This document shows positions 15,539-24,616 of a stretch of 32,000 bases of DNA, in pieces. The translations under genes were made by a program, and so were the position numbers. Each line of letters starts with the position of its first letter. Position 1 is the stretch's first letter. Source of the DNA: Thermovibrio guaymasensis (GTDB taxonomy: Bacteria > Aquificota > Aquificia > Desulfurobacteriales > Desulfurobacteriaceae); assembly GCF_003633715.1 (NCBI RefSeq), contig NZ_RBIE01000001.1:515833-547832 (forward strand). Direction: 5' to 3'. The notes under the pieces are model-generated. The model did not search any database. It had not been told where the DNA came from and was given only the letters and a program-made list of their open reading frames with translations.

Positions 15539-16744
15539 CTACCACCTGAACGAGAGTTTGAAGTAACTCTGAGTATCTGCCTTACTTCCAAGACCTCTAA
15601 AAAGTTTGAACTTAATGATACCATCAGCCAGCCTTGCCCAGAACGCTGTTACCTCAACTCCTGCAGAAATCAGTATGTCGTCTGGGGTGTTCTCAAAGGA
15701 GTCTCCTACCCAGAAGGAGGGTTTAACGAAAATGCTCTTATCAACTACTGGGAACCTGTAAGAAAAGTTCCCTGCAACGTACCTTTTGTTTTCCATCTCT
15801 TCAGATTTATAACCTGGGATTGGGGAAGAAACGTTGTACCCGTTCCCGCTGTAACCGACTTTCGTTCCAAGGAATACCTTGTACAGGAAGGTTTTAAGGT
15901 CTCCCCTTTTTATTGATTTTAAGTAGGAAAGGTCCAGTTTCCCGGTAAAGACTGAGGAGATTTCCGGCGCAGCTAAACTCCCACCTATTGAGAAACTTTT
16001 TCCTAAGGTGTAATAAACCATATCTGTTGAGTAGTCCTTTGTGTAGCGTAAGTTGAGGTAGTACAGGTGTTTATCGCTTGTTAACGTATCTGGGAAGGAG
16101 AGGTATGGGGTCAGCCCGAAAGTTATCTGGTTTATCTTTTCCCTATCAAGATAAAGCCTAACGGATACCGGAAAAGTGTAGCTCTTTTCCTTGTAGTCTC
16201 CTAACTTCTTTCCCTTCTTAATCAGGCTTTTGTAATCTTCTTGGTAGAAGGCTCCGAAGGATAGGTCTGCAGTGTTGTAGATTATCCTGTAGAGGCTAAG
16301 GTTAACAAATACTTTCTTTGACGGTTTGTCTGTGTTGTACCACTTAACATAGCCGGTGTAGAGTTTATGCCCCATTCCGAAGAGGTTGTAGTGCCTAACT
16401 TCCATACCGGCCTTATAGGAACCGTCATCTTTAAACCTAACTCTTGGGAGCGGAACTATTGGGAACTTCTCCTTTAACCTGAGCTTTACTGTTACTCCCT
16501 CCTTATCTTCCTTTACGGAAGTCTCTACCCTGTAGAAAAGGTGGGTGTTTAGAAGGTTCCTTACCGATAGAGAGAGGTCTTTGGGGTCGAACTTTTTTCC
16601 CTCTTTAATGAGGAGCTCTCTCCTAACAAACCTTTCCTTTGTCCACTTCAGTCCTTCTATCTCAATCCTTTTTACTACAGCTGCGTAGGAGTTTAGACTG
16701 GAAAAACTTAAAAGCAGTAAAATTAAAAGGCTAAACTTTCTCAT
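15539..16744 (-). CDS. Omp85/surface-antigen-family outer membrane protein, short form (single POTRA-like segment plus barrel)
   Basis: Signal peptide MRKFSLLILLLLSFSSLNSYA|A. POTRA-like VKRIEIEGLKWTKERFVRRELLIKEGKKFDPKDL. Y/G/S-rich beta region ending in the terminal aromatic signature FKLSFRW. Confidence 0.7.
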   Translation of the reverse strand: MRKFSLLILLLLSFSSLNSYAAVVKRIEIEGLKWTKERFVRRELLIKEGKKFDPKDLSLSVRNLLNTHLFYRVETSVKEDKEGVTVKLRLKEKFPIVPLPRVRFKDDGSYKAGMEVRHYNLFGMGHKLYTGYVKWYNTDKPSKKVFVNLSLYRIIYNTADLSFGAFYQEDYKSLIKKGKKLGDYKEKSYTFPVSVRLYLDREKINQITFGLTPYLSFPDTLTSDKHLYYLNLRYTKDYSTDMVYYTLGKSFSIGGSLAAPEISSVFTGKLDLSYLKSIKRGDLKTFLYKVFLGTKVGYSGNGYNVSSPIPGYKSEEMENKRYVAGNFSYRFPVVDKSIFVKPSFWVGDSFENTPDDILISAGVEVTAFWARLADGIIKFKLFRGLGSKADTQSYFKLSFRW

Positions 16745-16977
16745 TGTTTCCTCATTGCAATAAATAAAATGAAGGATACCAGAGTTAGGATTAAGCTTAT
16801 CAAAATGCTCGTTCCGAGGGGAAAGTAAAAGACGATGTTGTCCCTTTTTATTACGATGTCTCCTGGGAGTTTTCCAACTGGAATGTTCCCGAGTTTGCTT
16901 AGAATGAGGATGAGAGCTCCTAAGACTACGAGGAAGAGCCCAGTAAGTATTAGTAGTTTCCCTAAATCTTCTACCAT
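16741..16977 (-). CDS. DUF2905-family small membrane protein
   Basis: 78 aa, two TM segments. The conserved central motif GKLPGDIVIKRDNIVFYFPLGTSILIS matches my memory of DUF2905. ATGA overlap with the downstream gene. Confidence 0.7.
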   Translation of the reverse strand: MVEDLGKLLILTGLFLVVLGALILILSKLGNIPVGKLPGDIVIKRDNIVFYFPLGTSILISLILTLVSFILFIAMRKQ

Positions 16978-17357
16978 GTCAACCTCTTAACTATTTCCGG
17001 CAAAAGGAACTTTACATCAAGGGCTAGGGCAAAGAGCCCGATTGACAGAACCGCTGCAGCAGAGGCGTCCTTTGCCAGCTTAGCGCTTTCCCGATACTCT
17101 CTAGTTGCCGTATCTACGGCCCTTTCAACTGCAGTGTTAATAAGTTCAGCTACAAAGACCAGGTAGTTTGAAAGGGCTACTATTAATGATAGTTCTCCTT
17201 TAAGGAAGGCTATTGATAGCCCCGTTCCAAGCATACTTAGGAAGAAGTTTATCCTATAGTGTCTATCCTCCTTGAAGGCACCTTTGTAGCCGTCAAGTGC
17301 GTAGCTAAGTCCCTTTACTATTCCTAGTACTGTCTCTTTCATCTTCCGGGTACTCAA
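16971..17357 (-). CDS. dgkA: Prokaryotic diacylglycerol/undecaprenol kinase
   Basis: About 123-128 aa, three TM segments. DgkA motifs ELINTAVERAVD and AKDASAAAVL. The track start 17357 is TTG; ATG at 17342 is an alternative. Either one overlaps the pgpH 3' end. Confidence 0.85.
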   Translation of the reverse strand: MSTRKMKETVLGIVKGLSYALDGYKGAFKEDRHYRINFFLSMLGTGLSIAFLKGELSLIVALSNYLVFVAELINTAVERAVDTATREYRESAKLAKDASAAAVLSIGLFALALDVKFLLPEIVKRLTW

Positions 17358-19368
17358 TCCTGTTATGGTAGATTCCGGAGAGGACCTTTTTAAAGACCTT
17401 CTCTATAATGGAGATGTCCTTTAAGGAGAGTCCACTCTGGTTAAGCTGCCCATCTTCAATGATGTCCATTATTAACTGGTGAATAACCTTGTCAAGGTCA
17501 AACTCTTTACCACTATTCTTCATTGAACGGACTGCTGCCTCAACTGTATCTGCAAGCATTACGATTCCAGACTCCTTAAACTGGGGTTTTGGACCCGGGT
17601 AGCGGAACAGCCTTTCATCAACCTTATCTTCACCGTACATCTCCTTTGCTTTATGGTAAAAGTACTTCATTAACTTCGTTCCGTGGTGCTGCTTTATTAT
17701 ATCTATGACCTTTTTGGGTAGTTTGTACTTCCTTCCAAGCTCCTCTCCGTATTCTACGTGGGAGCGCAAGATTGCAGCGCTCTTTTCTGGGGGTAGTTTG
17801 TCGTGGATGTTGACTCCTCCTATCTGGTTCTCTATAAAGGCTTGCGGGTTTTTGAGCTTCCCTATATCGTGGAAGAGAGCTCCTGCCTTTGCAAGCAGGG
17901 CGTTTGCTCCAATCGCTTCGGCTGCTGCTTCAGAGAGGGTTGCCACCATTACAGAGTGGCTGTAAGTTCCCGGGGCTTTTAGGATTAACTTCCTCAGGAG
18001 GGGATGGTTAAGGTTGATTAGCTCCATATAAACTATATCTGTAGTAAAGTTGAAGAGGTTTATTATTATTGGACTTAACCCGTTTACTACTACTGCGGTT
18101 ATTAGAGCTCCTACGAACATTAAAATAGGCTCAAACCAGAGCTCTCCCTTTACCCTGTTTCCAAACAGGTAAATGTAAAGTAGGAGGTTAACGAAGATAG
18201 TTACTGTAAATCCCTTAAAGGCTGCTTTGTATATTACCTCCCTGCTTTTGAACTTCCTTGAGTCAAAGGCACTGAAGAAGGAGCCTACTGAAACCGGAAT
18301 TATGAGGAGGAATGGTTTTGAGAGCGTAAAACCTGAGATAAAGGTTACAGGCACAGAGTGAATTACCGCTACTTTCTTGTTTATAAACATTGAAGCAAAG
18401 ATGACCGACGTAACTACGGGAACGTAGATTAAACTCTCTTCAACCGGTAGGTTAAGGCTCTGTATTGTTAACTTTGCAAGGAAGGTGAAGAACTTAATAA
18501 GGAAGATATCAAGGGTTATCACTGAAAAGGAAAAGAGAACGTTTTTAACGTTAAAGGCAGAAGGGCTTATGATTTTGTAGAGCCTGATTACAGAGTAGTA
18601 GAGGATCAGAGATAGTAAGAAGATGGATATATACTTATTTAAGCTCCTCCCTCTGCTCTTTGCTTCCCTCAGGGCCTCAAGTTTTAGTTCGGCTTCCGGG
18701 GTTACCCTTTCTCCCTTCCTTAGGATTATCTCTCCCTTTTTAAGTTCAACTACTACAGGCTTAACGCTCTCTCTGGCCTTTTCCCAGAGTAGGGAGCTCC
18801 TTTCTCTGTTAAAGACGTAGTTAGGTTTGATTTTTAATCTATTTACAGTTTCCTCTACAGTTTTTTTGTCCTTTATAAACTTTGAGAGGTCTTCCTTTAG
18901 GAGCCTTTTAACGTCTTTCTCCCTTAAGAATACATCAACTTTCTCCTTTTTCTTCTTTCCCGGACCGTATGATACTGTGACTTCACTGTAGCCTTCAGGT
19001 AGTTCTGAGAGGATTCCCCTTTTGTAGTATGAGGAGACTATTTCCTTTAAGACTTCTTTTTCTTTCTTTGAGAGGAAGGGAAGTTCCTCTATCTCTCTAA
19101 AAGTCTCCCTCTCGTTTTTGGGTTGGTATTCAACTATTGGAAGGACTTTCTTTACTGCCTCTTCCCTCAGTTTCTCAGTTGCCCTCTTGTTTTCAACCTT
19201 TAAGTTGACAGGTGAGCGGACATCAACAGAGCTCACTTGGCCAACCTTCAGGTTTGGCAAGTTTATAAAGTTAAAGGGAAGCATAAAGAGGGTTGCAAAG
19301 ATACTTGCAACTAAGAGAGCCCCGTATATCGTGAGTTTAGTCTTCTTCTCTTCCTTCATGCTCTTCAT
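17305..19368 (-). CDS. pgpH: 7TM-receptor HD-domain phosphohydrolase (PgpH/YqfF family)
   Basis: 687 aa. N-terminal TM plus extracytoplasmic domain, a 7-TM block, and a C-terminal HD domain (HSVMVATLSEAAAEAIGANALLAKAGALFHDIGK). It sits downstream of phoH, as in many bacteria. Confidence 0.85.
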   Translation of the reverse strand: MKSMKEEKKTKLTIYGALLVASIFATLFMLPFNFINLPNLKVGQVSSVDVRSPVNLKVENKRATEKLREEAVKKVLPIVEYQPKNERETFREIEELPFLSKKEKEVLKEIVSSYYKRGILSELPEGYSEVTVSYGPGKKKKEKVDVFLREKDVKRLLKEDLSKFIKDKKTVEETVNRLKIKPNYVFNRERSSLLWEKARESVKPVVVELKKGEIILRKGERVTPEAELKLEALREAKSRGRSLNKYISIFLLSLILYYSVIRLYKIISPSAFNVKNVLFSFSVITLDIFLIKFFTFLAKLTIQSLNLPVEESLIYVPVVTSVIFASMFINKKVAVIHSVPVTFISGFTLSKPFLLIIPVSVGSFFSAFDSRKFKSREVIYKAAFKGFTVTIFVNLLLYIYLFGNRVKGELWFEPILMFVGALITAVVVNGLSPIIINLFNFTTDIVYMELINLNHPLLRKLILKAPGTYSHSVMVATLSEAAAEAIGANALLAKAGALFHDIGKLKNPQAFIENQIGGVNIHDKLPPEKSAAILRSHVEYGEELGRKYKLPKKVIDIIKQHHGTKLMKYFYHKAKEMYGEDKVDERLFRYPGPKPQFKESGIVMLADTVEAAVRSMKNSGKEFDLDKVIHQLIMDIIEDGQLNQSGLSLKDISIIEKVFKKVLSGIYHNRIEYPEDERDSTRNSKGT

Positions 19369-20296
19369 AAGCCTTAATAATCTCCTGAACCAGTCTATGC
19401 CTTACTACGTCTTCCCTTGAGAACTCTACTATCTCTATTCCCTTGATTCCCCTTAAGATTTTAACTGCTTCAACGAGTCCTGAACGTTTCTTTGACGGTA
19501 GGTCAATTTGTGTAACGTCTCCCGTTATGACAACCTTTGAGCCGAACCCAAGTCTCGTTAAGAACATCTTCATCTGCTCTCTCGTTGTATTCTGAGCTTC
19601 GTCAAGGATTATGAAGGCTTCGTTTAAGGTTCTTCCCCTCATGTAGGCAAGGGGAGCTATCTCAAATATGTTCCTCTCAAGGTAAGAGTTAACTTTTTCA
19701 GGTTCAATCATTTCAAATAGTGCGTCGTAGAGGGGCTTAAGGTAAGGGTCTATCTTTTCCTGAAGGGTCCCCGGTAGGAATCCTAACTTCTCACCGGCCT
19801 CTACTGCGGGCCTTGTAAGGATTATCCTGTTAACCTTTCCCTTCTTGAAGTAAGAGACTGCCATTGCTACTGCTAAGTAAGTCTTTCCGGTTCCTGCAGG
19901 GCCGATTCCGAAAACTACATCGTTGTTCCTTATAGCTTCGGCGTACCTCTTCTGGGTAGGTGTCTTTGCAACGATTTTCTTTCCCCTGTAAGTTGTAACT
20001 ATTACATCCTGGGAGAGCTCCTTCGCTTTTGACTCCCTTCTAGCTGAGAGCTGAGTAAGGTACATATCAACGTCTGCCTTTGTTAATTTATGGCCTGATT
20101 TAACTAGTCCTTCTAAGTCCTTCAAAAACTCCTTGGCTCTTTCCTCACTTTCGGCACTTCCGTTTATGAGGATTTCATTTCCCCTTGAGCCCAGTTTCAC
20201 GTTAAGTATCTGCGCTAGCTTCTTTAGGTTTTCCTCATGGTGACCTACTATGGTGTAGAAGTCTTCAGGCTCAAGTTCAAGAATTACCTTTATCAA
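19337..20296 (-). CDS. phoH: PhoH-like ATPase
   Basis: 319 aa. N-terminal KH-like segment, Walker A GIGPAGTGKTYLAVAMAV, Walker B FIILDEAQN and the motif ITGDVTQIDLP. TTG start in a TTGA overlap with the upstream stop. Confidence 0.92.
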   Translation of the reverse strand: MIKVILELEPEDFYTIVGHHEENLKKLAQILNVKLGSRGNEILINGSAESEERAKEFLKDLEGLVKSGHKLTKADVDMYLTQLSARRESKAKELSQDVIVTTYRGKKIVAKTPTQKRYAEAIRNNDVVFGIGPAGTGKTYLAVAMAVSYFKKGKVNRIILTRPAVEAGEKLGFLPGTLQEKIDPYLKPLYDALFEMIEPEKVNSYLERNIFEIAPLAYMRGRTLNEAFIILDEAQNTTREQMKMFLTRLGFGSKVVITGDVTQIDLPSKKRSGLVEAVKILRGIKGIEIVEFSREDVVRHRLVQEIIKAYEEHEGREED

Positions 20297-21966
20297 TTTT
20301 TTCCTCCTGATGGTTTTTCTATCTCTAATTTAAGCTTATTCCTGAACCAAATATCGTTCTGAGGGAACGGAATTTCTATTCCCTCCTCCTTTAGTTTGTA
20401 CCAGACTTTGTAGTAGAAGTCGCTGACAACTCTCTTTACCCATACGTTTTTCCTAACATCTATCCAGAACATGGCTTTAAATATGAGAGCGCTATCTCCA
20501 AGTTCTTCAAACTGAACGTTCTTAGGGAGGAACCTTACAACGTAGGGAAGTTCATCAATAACCCTTTCCAGGATTTCCTTTACTTTGAGGGGGTCTGAGG
20601 AGTAGGCTACTCCGATTGGAACTTTCAGCCTAACGAAGGGGTCTTTGAGTGAAAAGTTTACTATCGGAGAGTTTATGAAGTTAGAGTTTGGGATTGAAAT
20701 CTCAACTCCGTCGTTTGTCCTGACAATCGTTGAGAGTATTCCAATGTCTTCAACCTTACCAAATACGCTCGTTTGGACTTCTCCTAGAGTTGAGATGGAT
20801 ATGGAGGGGAGTTCCACTATATCTCCAACTTTCAACTTTTTGCTGAATAGAAGTATAAATCCACTAACGTAGTTGTTCATAATGGTTTGGAGTCCAAATC
20901 CCAGTCCAACTCCCAACGTTCCTGCAATTGGTAAGATTACTTTCCACGTTATTCCTAAAGTTGAGAGGAGAATGATTGAGTTAAAGAGAACTCCCAAGTT
21001 GAAAATCAGCGCCTCTGCAGAACCTCCCTCAACCTCCCTCCTCTCCTTTGGGAAGAAGAGCTTTACTAGTTTCTTTCCAATTCCTAAAAGGCTGAAAAGG
21101 ATTAAAGCAGTTACTGTAAAGTCTACAATGTTTCCTATAGAAATCTTTACTAGGTCTGTCTTTATTAAGTAAACTCCGTATATCTTGGAGAAGAAATCTG
21201 AGAAGTTTGAGGATAACTCAAGTATTTTAATGGCGAGAATGGCGTAGATTACTGTAACCAACCTTTTTGAGTTTGCAGTTACTACATCTATATCTTTATC
21301 TGTAAATTCTTCTAACAGCTCTTCTGCCGCTTTTGGAATTAGTTTTGAGTAGATTATTGTGTATACTGCAGTTAGTAAAATAATTAAAGCTATTCCAATT
21401 AGCGAATGGAAGTTGAATTTAAGGTACTCAAAGAGCCATAGGAAGAAAATTGCAGTTAAGATAGAGAAACTCGTATATCTGAATACTCTAGATATCGTCT
21501 CGTTCTTAAACGTGTAACTTAACTGCCACGTTACTGATAAGATTCCAAGGTAAATGAAGAACTTCTTTCCGTAAATCAGTAACTTTAAAACCTTTTCATT
21601 CTGTACTGGAAGGTAGATGAAAAGGAGGGAGAGGATAAGTGCAGAAGTGAAGGATAGGTAAGCTAGGATTTTTCCTATTTTCCCTTGTTGAGTTATTAGG
21701 TTAGTAGCCCTTGTTAAGTAAAGTGCAGAGACAAAGAGGGTTAAATTCCTTAAGGTTTCCTTTAGGTTCCACTCCTTGTATAGGTTAGAGAGTTCCCAGC
21801 CGATCCAGAAGAGAATGAGGGAGAAAAGGACAAAGACAACTGCGTCCGCTAAGAGTTTCTCCCTTATTTTCCTGAAGGCGAATTTCCTCAGCAGGTTTTC
21901 AATGAGGAGAGAGAGAATAACCGATAAGGTAAAGAAGATTATGGGCTGAAGGTTAATCAATCTCAA
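20293..21966 (-). CDS. Mechanosensitive ion channel family protein (MscS domain with an extended N-terminal multi-TM region)
   Basis: 557 aa. About 8-10 predicted TM helices, then the MscS pore helix and beta-domain motif GVGLGFGLQTIMNNYVSGFILLFSKKLKVGDIVEL. TTG start with no internal Met for more than 200 codons. 14-nt overlap with the sbcC 3' end. Confidence 0.85.
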   Translation of the reverse strand: MRLINLQPIIFFTLSVILSLLIENLLRKFAFRKIREKLLADAVVFVLFSLILFWIGWELSNLYKEWNLKETLRNLTLFVSALYLTRATNLITQQGKIGKILAYLSFTSALILSLLFIYLPVQNEKVLKLLIYGKKFFIYLGILSVTWQLSYTFKNETISRVFRYTSFSILTAIFFLWLFEYLKFNFHSLIGIALIILLTAVYTIIYSKLIPKAAEELLEEFTDKDIDVVTANSKRLVTVIYAILAIKILELSSNFSDFFSKIYGVYLIKTDLVKISIGNIVDFTVTALILFSLLGIGKKLVKLFFPKERREVEGGSAEALIFNLGVLFNSIILLSTLGITWKVILPIAGTLGVGLGFGLQTIMNNYVSGFILLFSKKLKVGDIVELPSISISTLGEVQTSVFGKVEDIGILSTIVRTNDGVEISIPNSNFINSPIVNFSLKDPFVRLKVPIGVAYSSDPLKVKEILERVIDELPYVVRFLPKNVQFEELGDSALIFKAMFWIDVRKNVWVKRVVSDFYYKVWYKLKEEGIEIPFPQNDIWFRNKLKLEIEKPSGGKN

Positions 21967-24616
21967 CTTCTGAAAATCCCCCTACTTTCCTAAGTTTTAT
22001 TACCCTGTCTGCCACTACTTCAAGCTCTTGGTCGTGAGTAACTATCACCATTTGAGGTATCGTTCCCTTTAATTTCATGAGGAGCTCTGTGAGGGCAATT
22101 CTCCTTTCCCTATCAAGGTGAATCGTTGGCTCGTCAAGAATTAGGGTTTTCAGGCTCATCTTTGAAAACTGTTTAGCCATTGCAAACCTTAGTGCTAGGG
22201 CAAAGGCTATCTGTTGGCCTCCTGAAAGTTCTTCAAGGGACATCTCTCCCATTGAGGGAACCACTACTTTAATTGAGAGGTCTTCATCAACCTTAATCCT
22301 GCTGAACTCAAAGCCAAACAGTTCAAATAGTTCTTTAGCATGTTTCTCAATTTGGGGGAGAAGTCTCTTCCTCACGAGTGTGAGAAAGCCCTTTTCAGGG
22401 TGAACGGTTTGAGAGAGTTTCTCAAGGATTAACAGCGAATCTCTCAGCTTCAAAAGGCCTCTCTTCTCCCTTTCAACCTCTTCCATTTCCCCCTTTAGCT
22501 CTTCAACCTGTTTCTCTATCTGTTTTATCTCTCCTGAAATCCTTGAAATCTCCGAAATTAAGTCTTCCTTCTCCTCTTCCTTTTGCTTTACGTTCTCCTC
22601 AAGGAGTTTATAGTAGTCCTCGTTAAAGTCTATCCCACCGATCTTTTTACCAATTTGTTCCAGTTCTTCTTCCTTTTCCTTTCTCTCTCGGGATAGCTTC
22701 TTGAGCCTGTCCTTTAGGAAGGTTTCGTTTTTGAGCTCTCCCTCAAGTTTGTTCTTTTCCCTCTCTTTCCTTAGTAGTTCTTCATACTTCTTTTCAACCT
22801 TATGTAGATCGTGGTTTAACCTATCTCCCCACTCCTCCTCTAGAGTTTTTAACTCTTCCTTTAAATTTGAAATATCTTTCTCTAAATCCTTTGAGCTCCT
22901 ATTTTTCAAATTCCTTTCAATCTGCTCCTCTTCCCTCTTGAGAGCTCTAACTTCCCCCTGAACTTCATTAAGTTCTTTCCTTACTCTCTCCCACTCTTTC
23001 TCTAGACTTTCAACTTCCTCCTTTAGCTTTTCTAGTGGTTCTGAAGGAAGTTCCCCCTTTAACTTCTCCAGTTTACTTTCAACTTCACCCTTCCTCTCTT
23101 TAAATCCCTTTAGCCTCTCCGACTTTAGGCTCTCCTCCCTTAAAGCTTTCCTTAGGATTTCAATTTCTCTCTTTAGTTGACTTTCTCTCTCCTTCAGTCC
23201 TTTAAATCTCTCCCTTAGACTTTTAAACTCTTCCCTCATTCTGTTTAAAATTCCTTCCCTTTCTTCCTCTGAAAGGGGTCTTCTACATACTGGACATTCG
23301 GCTTCAGAGCTCTCCTTCAGGAGCTCCCCTCTCTCCTTTAACTCCTTCAATTTCTCCCCAACTTCGGCCTTAAGGTTTCTAGTCTCTTCTAATTCCTTCT
23401 CTACCTCCTTTAGCTTCCTCTCAATCTCTTCTAACTTTACTTCTCCAAATGCCTCTATCCTTTCATTAACCTTTTTAAGCTCTTTTGAGAGTTCATTTAG
23501 GTACTTAAGAACCTGTTCTGCCCTTGTTAACTCCTCTTTTTTTTCCCTTAGCCTGTTGTTTAACGCACACTCCTCTTCCTTTAGTACTCCTTCCCTCTCT
23601 CTGAGTTTTGGTAGGAGCTCTTTTAACTCTCCTAACCTTCTTTCCTTCTCCTTAATGTCCTTAAGCTCTCCCTCTCTGATCTCTATCTCCCTCCTTAAGT
23701 TCCTAACCTTCCTCAGAATCTCAAGGAGGTTCTTGACCTTCTCTATCGGTTCAGTTTCCCTTTCCAAGATGGCAATCCTCTCCCTTACACCCTCTAGCTC
23801 TTTTAACTTCTTCTTTACGCTAACCTCTTCCTCTGAAAGCTTTTCTATTTCCCTCTCTAACCTTTCCTTAGTTTCACTTAACCTTAAGTAAAGGTTCCTC
23901 TCTTCCTCTAACTTTGAGAGCTTTTCCTTTAGTTCTTTTAGCCTTTCTTCAACCTTTCTCTTTTCTTCCGATAGCTTCTTTCTCTCCTCTTCCTTTTCCC
24001 TTAGGAGTTCAATGAGTTTGCTTTCCTTCTCCTTCAGTCTCTCTCCCTCTAAAACTTTTTCCTCAAGGAACCCTTTAATATTTCTGAGCTCTTTAAGCTT
24101 TAGGTTAAGGGCCTCATACTTCTTTCCAAACTCCTCAAGGCCTAAGAGCCTGTTGAGTATCTGTCTCCTTTCCTTTGGAGTTCCCTTAAAAAGTTCTGTA
24201 ATCTCCCCCTGAGGAACGAAGATTGTATTTTTAAGGGTGTTTGGCTCGAGTCCTAGGTTTTCAGATAGGAACCTGGATACCTCTTTTGTCCTTTCGGCAA
24301 CTAGAGTATCACCTTTAAAGAGCCTTGCCTCGTTTTTCCTTACGGATATTACCCTTTCAACTCTGTATCGGTTTCCTTTACTTATGAAAGTTAGAGAGAG
24401 CCTTGCGGAGTTTGAAGTTCTGTTTATCAGGTTCTCCCTCTTTACTTTCCTTCCTTCAAGGTCCTCTCCAAAGAGGGCAAAGAAGATTCCCCTTAAGATC
24501 GAGGTTTTTCCAGATGCGTTGTGGCCGATTATTACGAAGGTTTCATCTGTGAAGGGAATTGTAGTTTCCCTGTGAGAGAGGAAGTTCTTGAGTTTTAATT
24601 CCCTTAGACTAATCAA
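21953..24616 (-). CDS. sbcC: SbcC/Rad50-family DNA repair ATPase with a zinc hook
   Basis: 887 aa. Walker A GHNASGKTSIL near the N-terminus. About 600 aa of E/K/R/L coiled coil with a central CxxC hook (CPVCRRPL, nt about 23285-23296). Signature motif LSGGQQIAFALALRFA, Walker B LILDEPTIHLD and H-loop VIVTHD. TTG start with strong SD AGGGAGGAG 5 nt upstream. Confidence 0.9.
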   Translation of the reverse strand: MISLRELKLKNFLSHRETTIPFTDETFVIIGHNASGKTSILRGIFFALFGEDLEGRKVKRENLINRTSNSARLSLTFISKGNRYRVERVISVRKNEARLFKGDTLVAERTKEVSRFLSENLGLEPNTLKNTIFVPQGEITELFKGTPKERRQILNRLLGLEEFGKKYEALNLKLKELRNIKGFLEEKVLEGERLKEKESKLIELLREKEEERKKLSEEKRKVEERLKELKEKLSKLEEERNLYLRLSETKERLEREIEKLSEEEVSVKKKLKELEGVRERIAILERETEPIEKVKNLLEILRKVRNLRREIEIREGELKDIKEKERRLGELKELLPKLREREGVLKEEECALNNRLREKKEELTRAEQVLKYLNELSKELKKVNERIEAFGEVKLEEIERKLKEVEKELEETRNLKAEVGEKLKELKERGELLKESSEAECPVCRRPLSEEEREGILNRMREEFKSLRERFKGLKERESQLKREIEILRKALREESLKSERLKGFKERKGEVESKLEKLKGELPSEPLEKLKEEVESLEKEWERVRKELNEVQGEVRALKREEEQIERNLKNRSSKDLEKDISNLKEELKTLEEEWGDRLNHDLHKVEKKYEELLRKEREKNKLEGELKNETFLKDRLKKLSRERKEKEEELEQIGKKIGGIDFNEDYYKLLEENVKQKEEEKEDLISEISRISGEIKQIEKQVEELKGEMEEVEREKRGLLKLRDSLLILEKLSQTVHPEKGFLTLVRKRLLPQIEKHAKELFELFGFEFSRIKVDEDLSIKVVVPSMGEMSLEELSGGQQIAFALALRFAMAKQFSKMSLKTLILDEPTIHLDRERRIALTELLMKLKGTIPQMVIVTHDQELEVVADRVIKLRKVGGFSEVEID

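Noticed and set aside
15464-15916. 150-aa plus-strand ORF overlapping the nitrilase start and the Omp85 3' end
   Set aside because: It is antisense to two strongly supported genes and has no SD. Its Cys/Trp/Phe-rich, irregular composition is unlike the genuine proteins in this window.
22400-24200. Dense short periodic repeats (ctcc / ttcc / cttt / tctc) that superficially look like a repeat array or CRISPR
   Set aside because: There is no conserved 24-40 nt repeat unit alternating with unique spacers. The periodicity is heptad and codon-bias driven, and the region translates without interruption as the SbcC coiled coil.
22701-24575. Four plus-strand ORFs (66-112 aa; 22701-22961, 23556-23891, 24012-24212 and 24237-24575) antisense to sbcC
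   Set aside because: Their translations are monotonous S/L/F/P strings. They are the complement of the GAA/AAG/GAG/CTT-rich coiled-coil codons of sbcC, have no SD sequences and lie entirely inside a well-supported gene. These are shadow ORFs.
21953-24616. The SMC-like ATPase as part of an anti-phage defence system (Lamassu-, Wadjet- or Gabija-like)
   Set aside because: No nuclease or effector gene, kleisin-like partner or mobile-element context lies nearby, and the neighbours are housekeeping genes. The protein has the canonical Rad50/SbcC zinc-hook architecture. I kept only the missing-sbcD observation.
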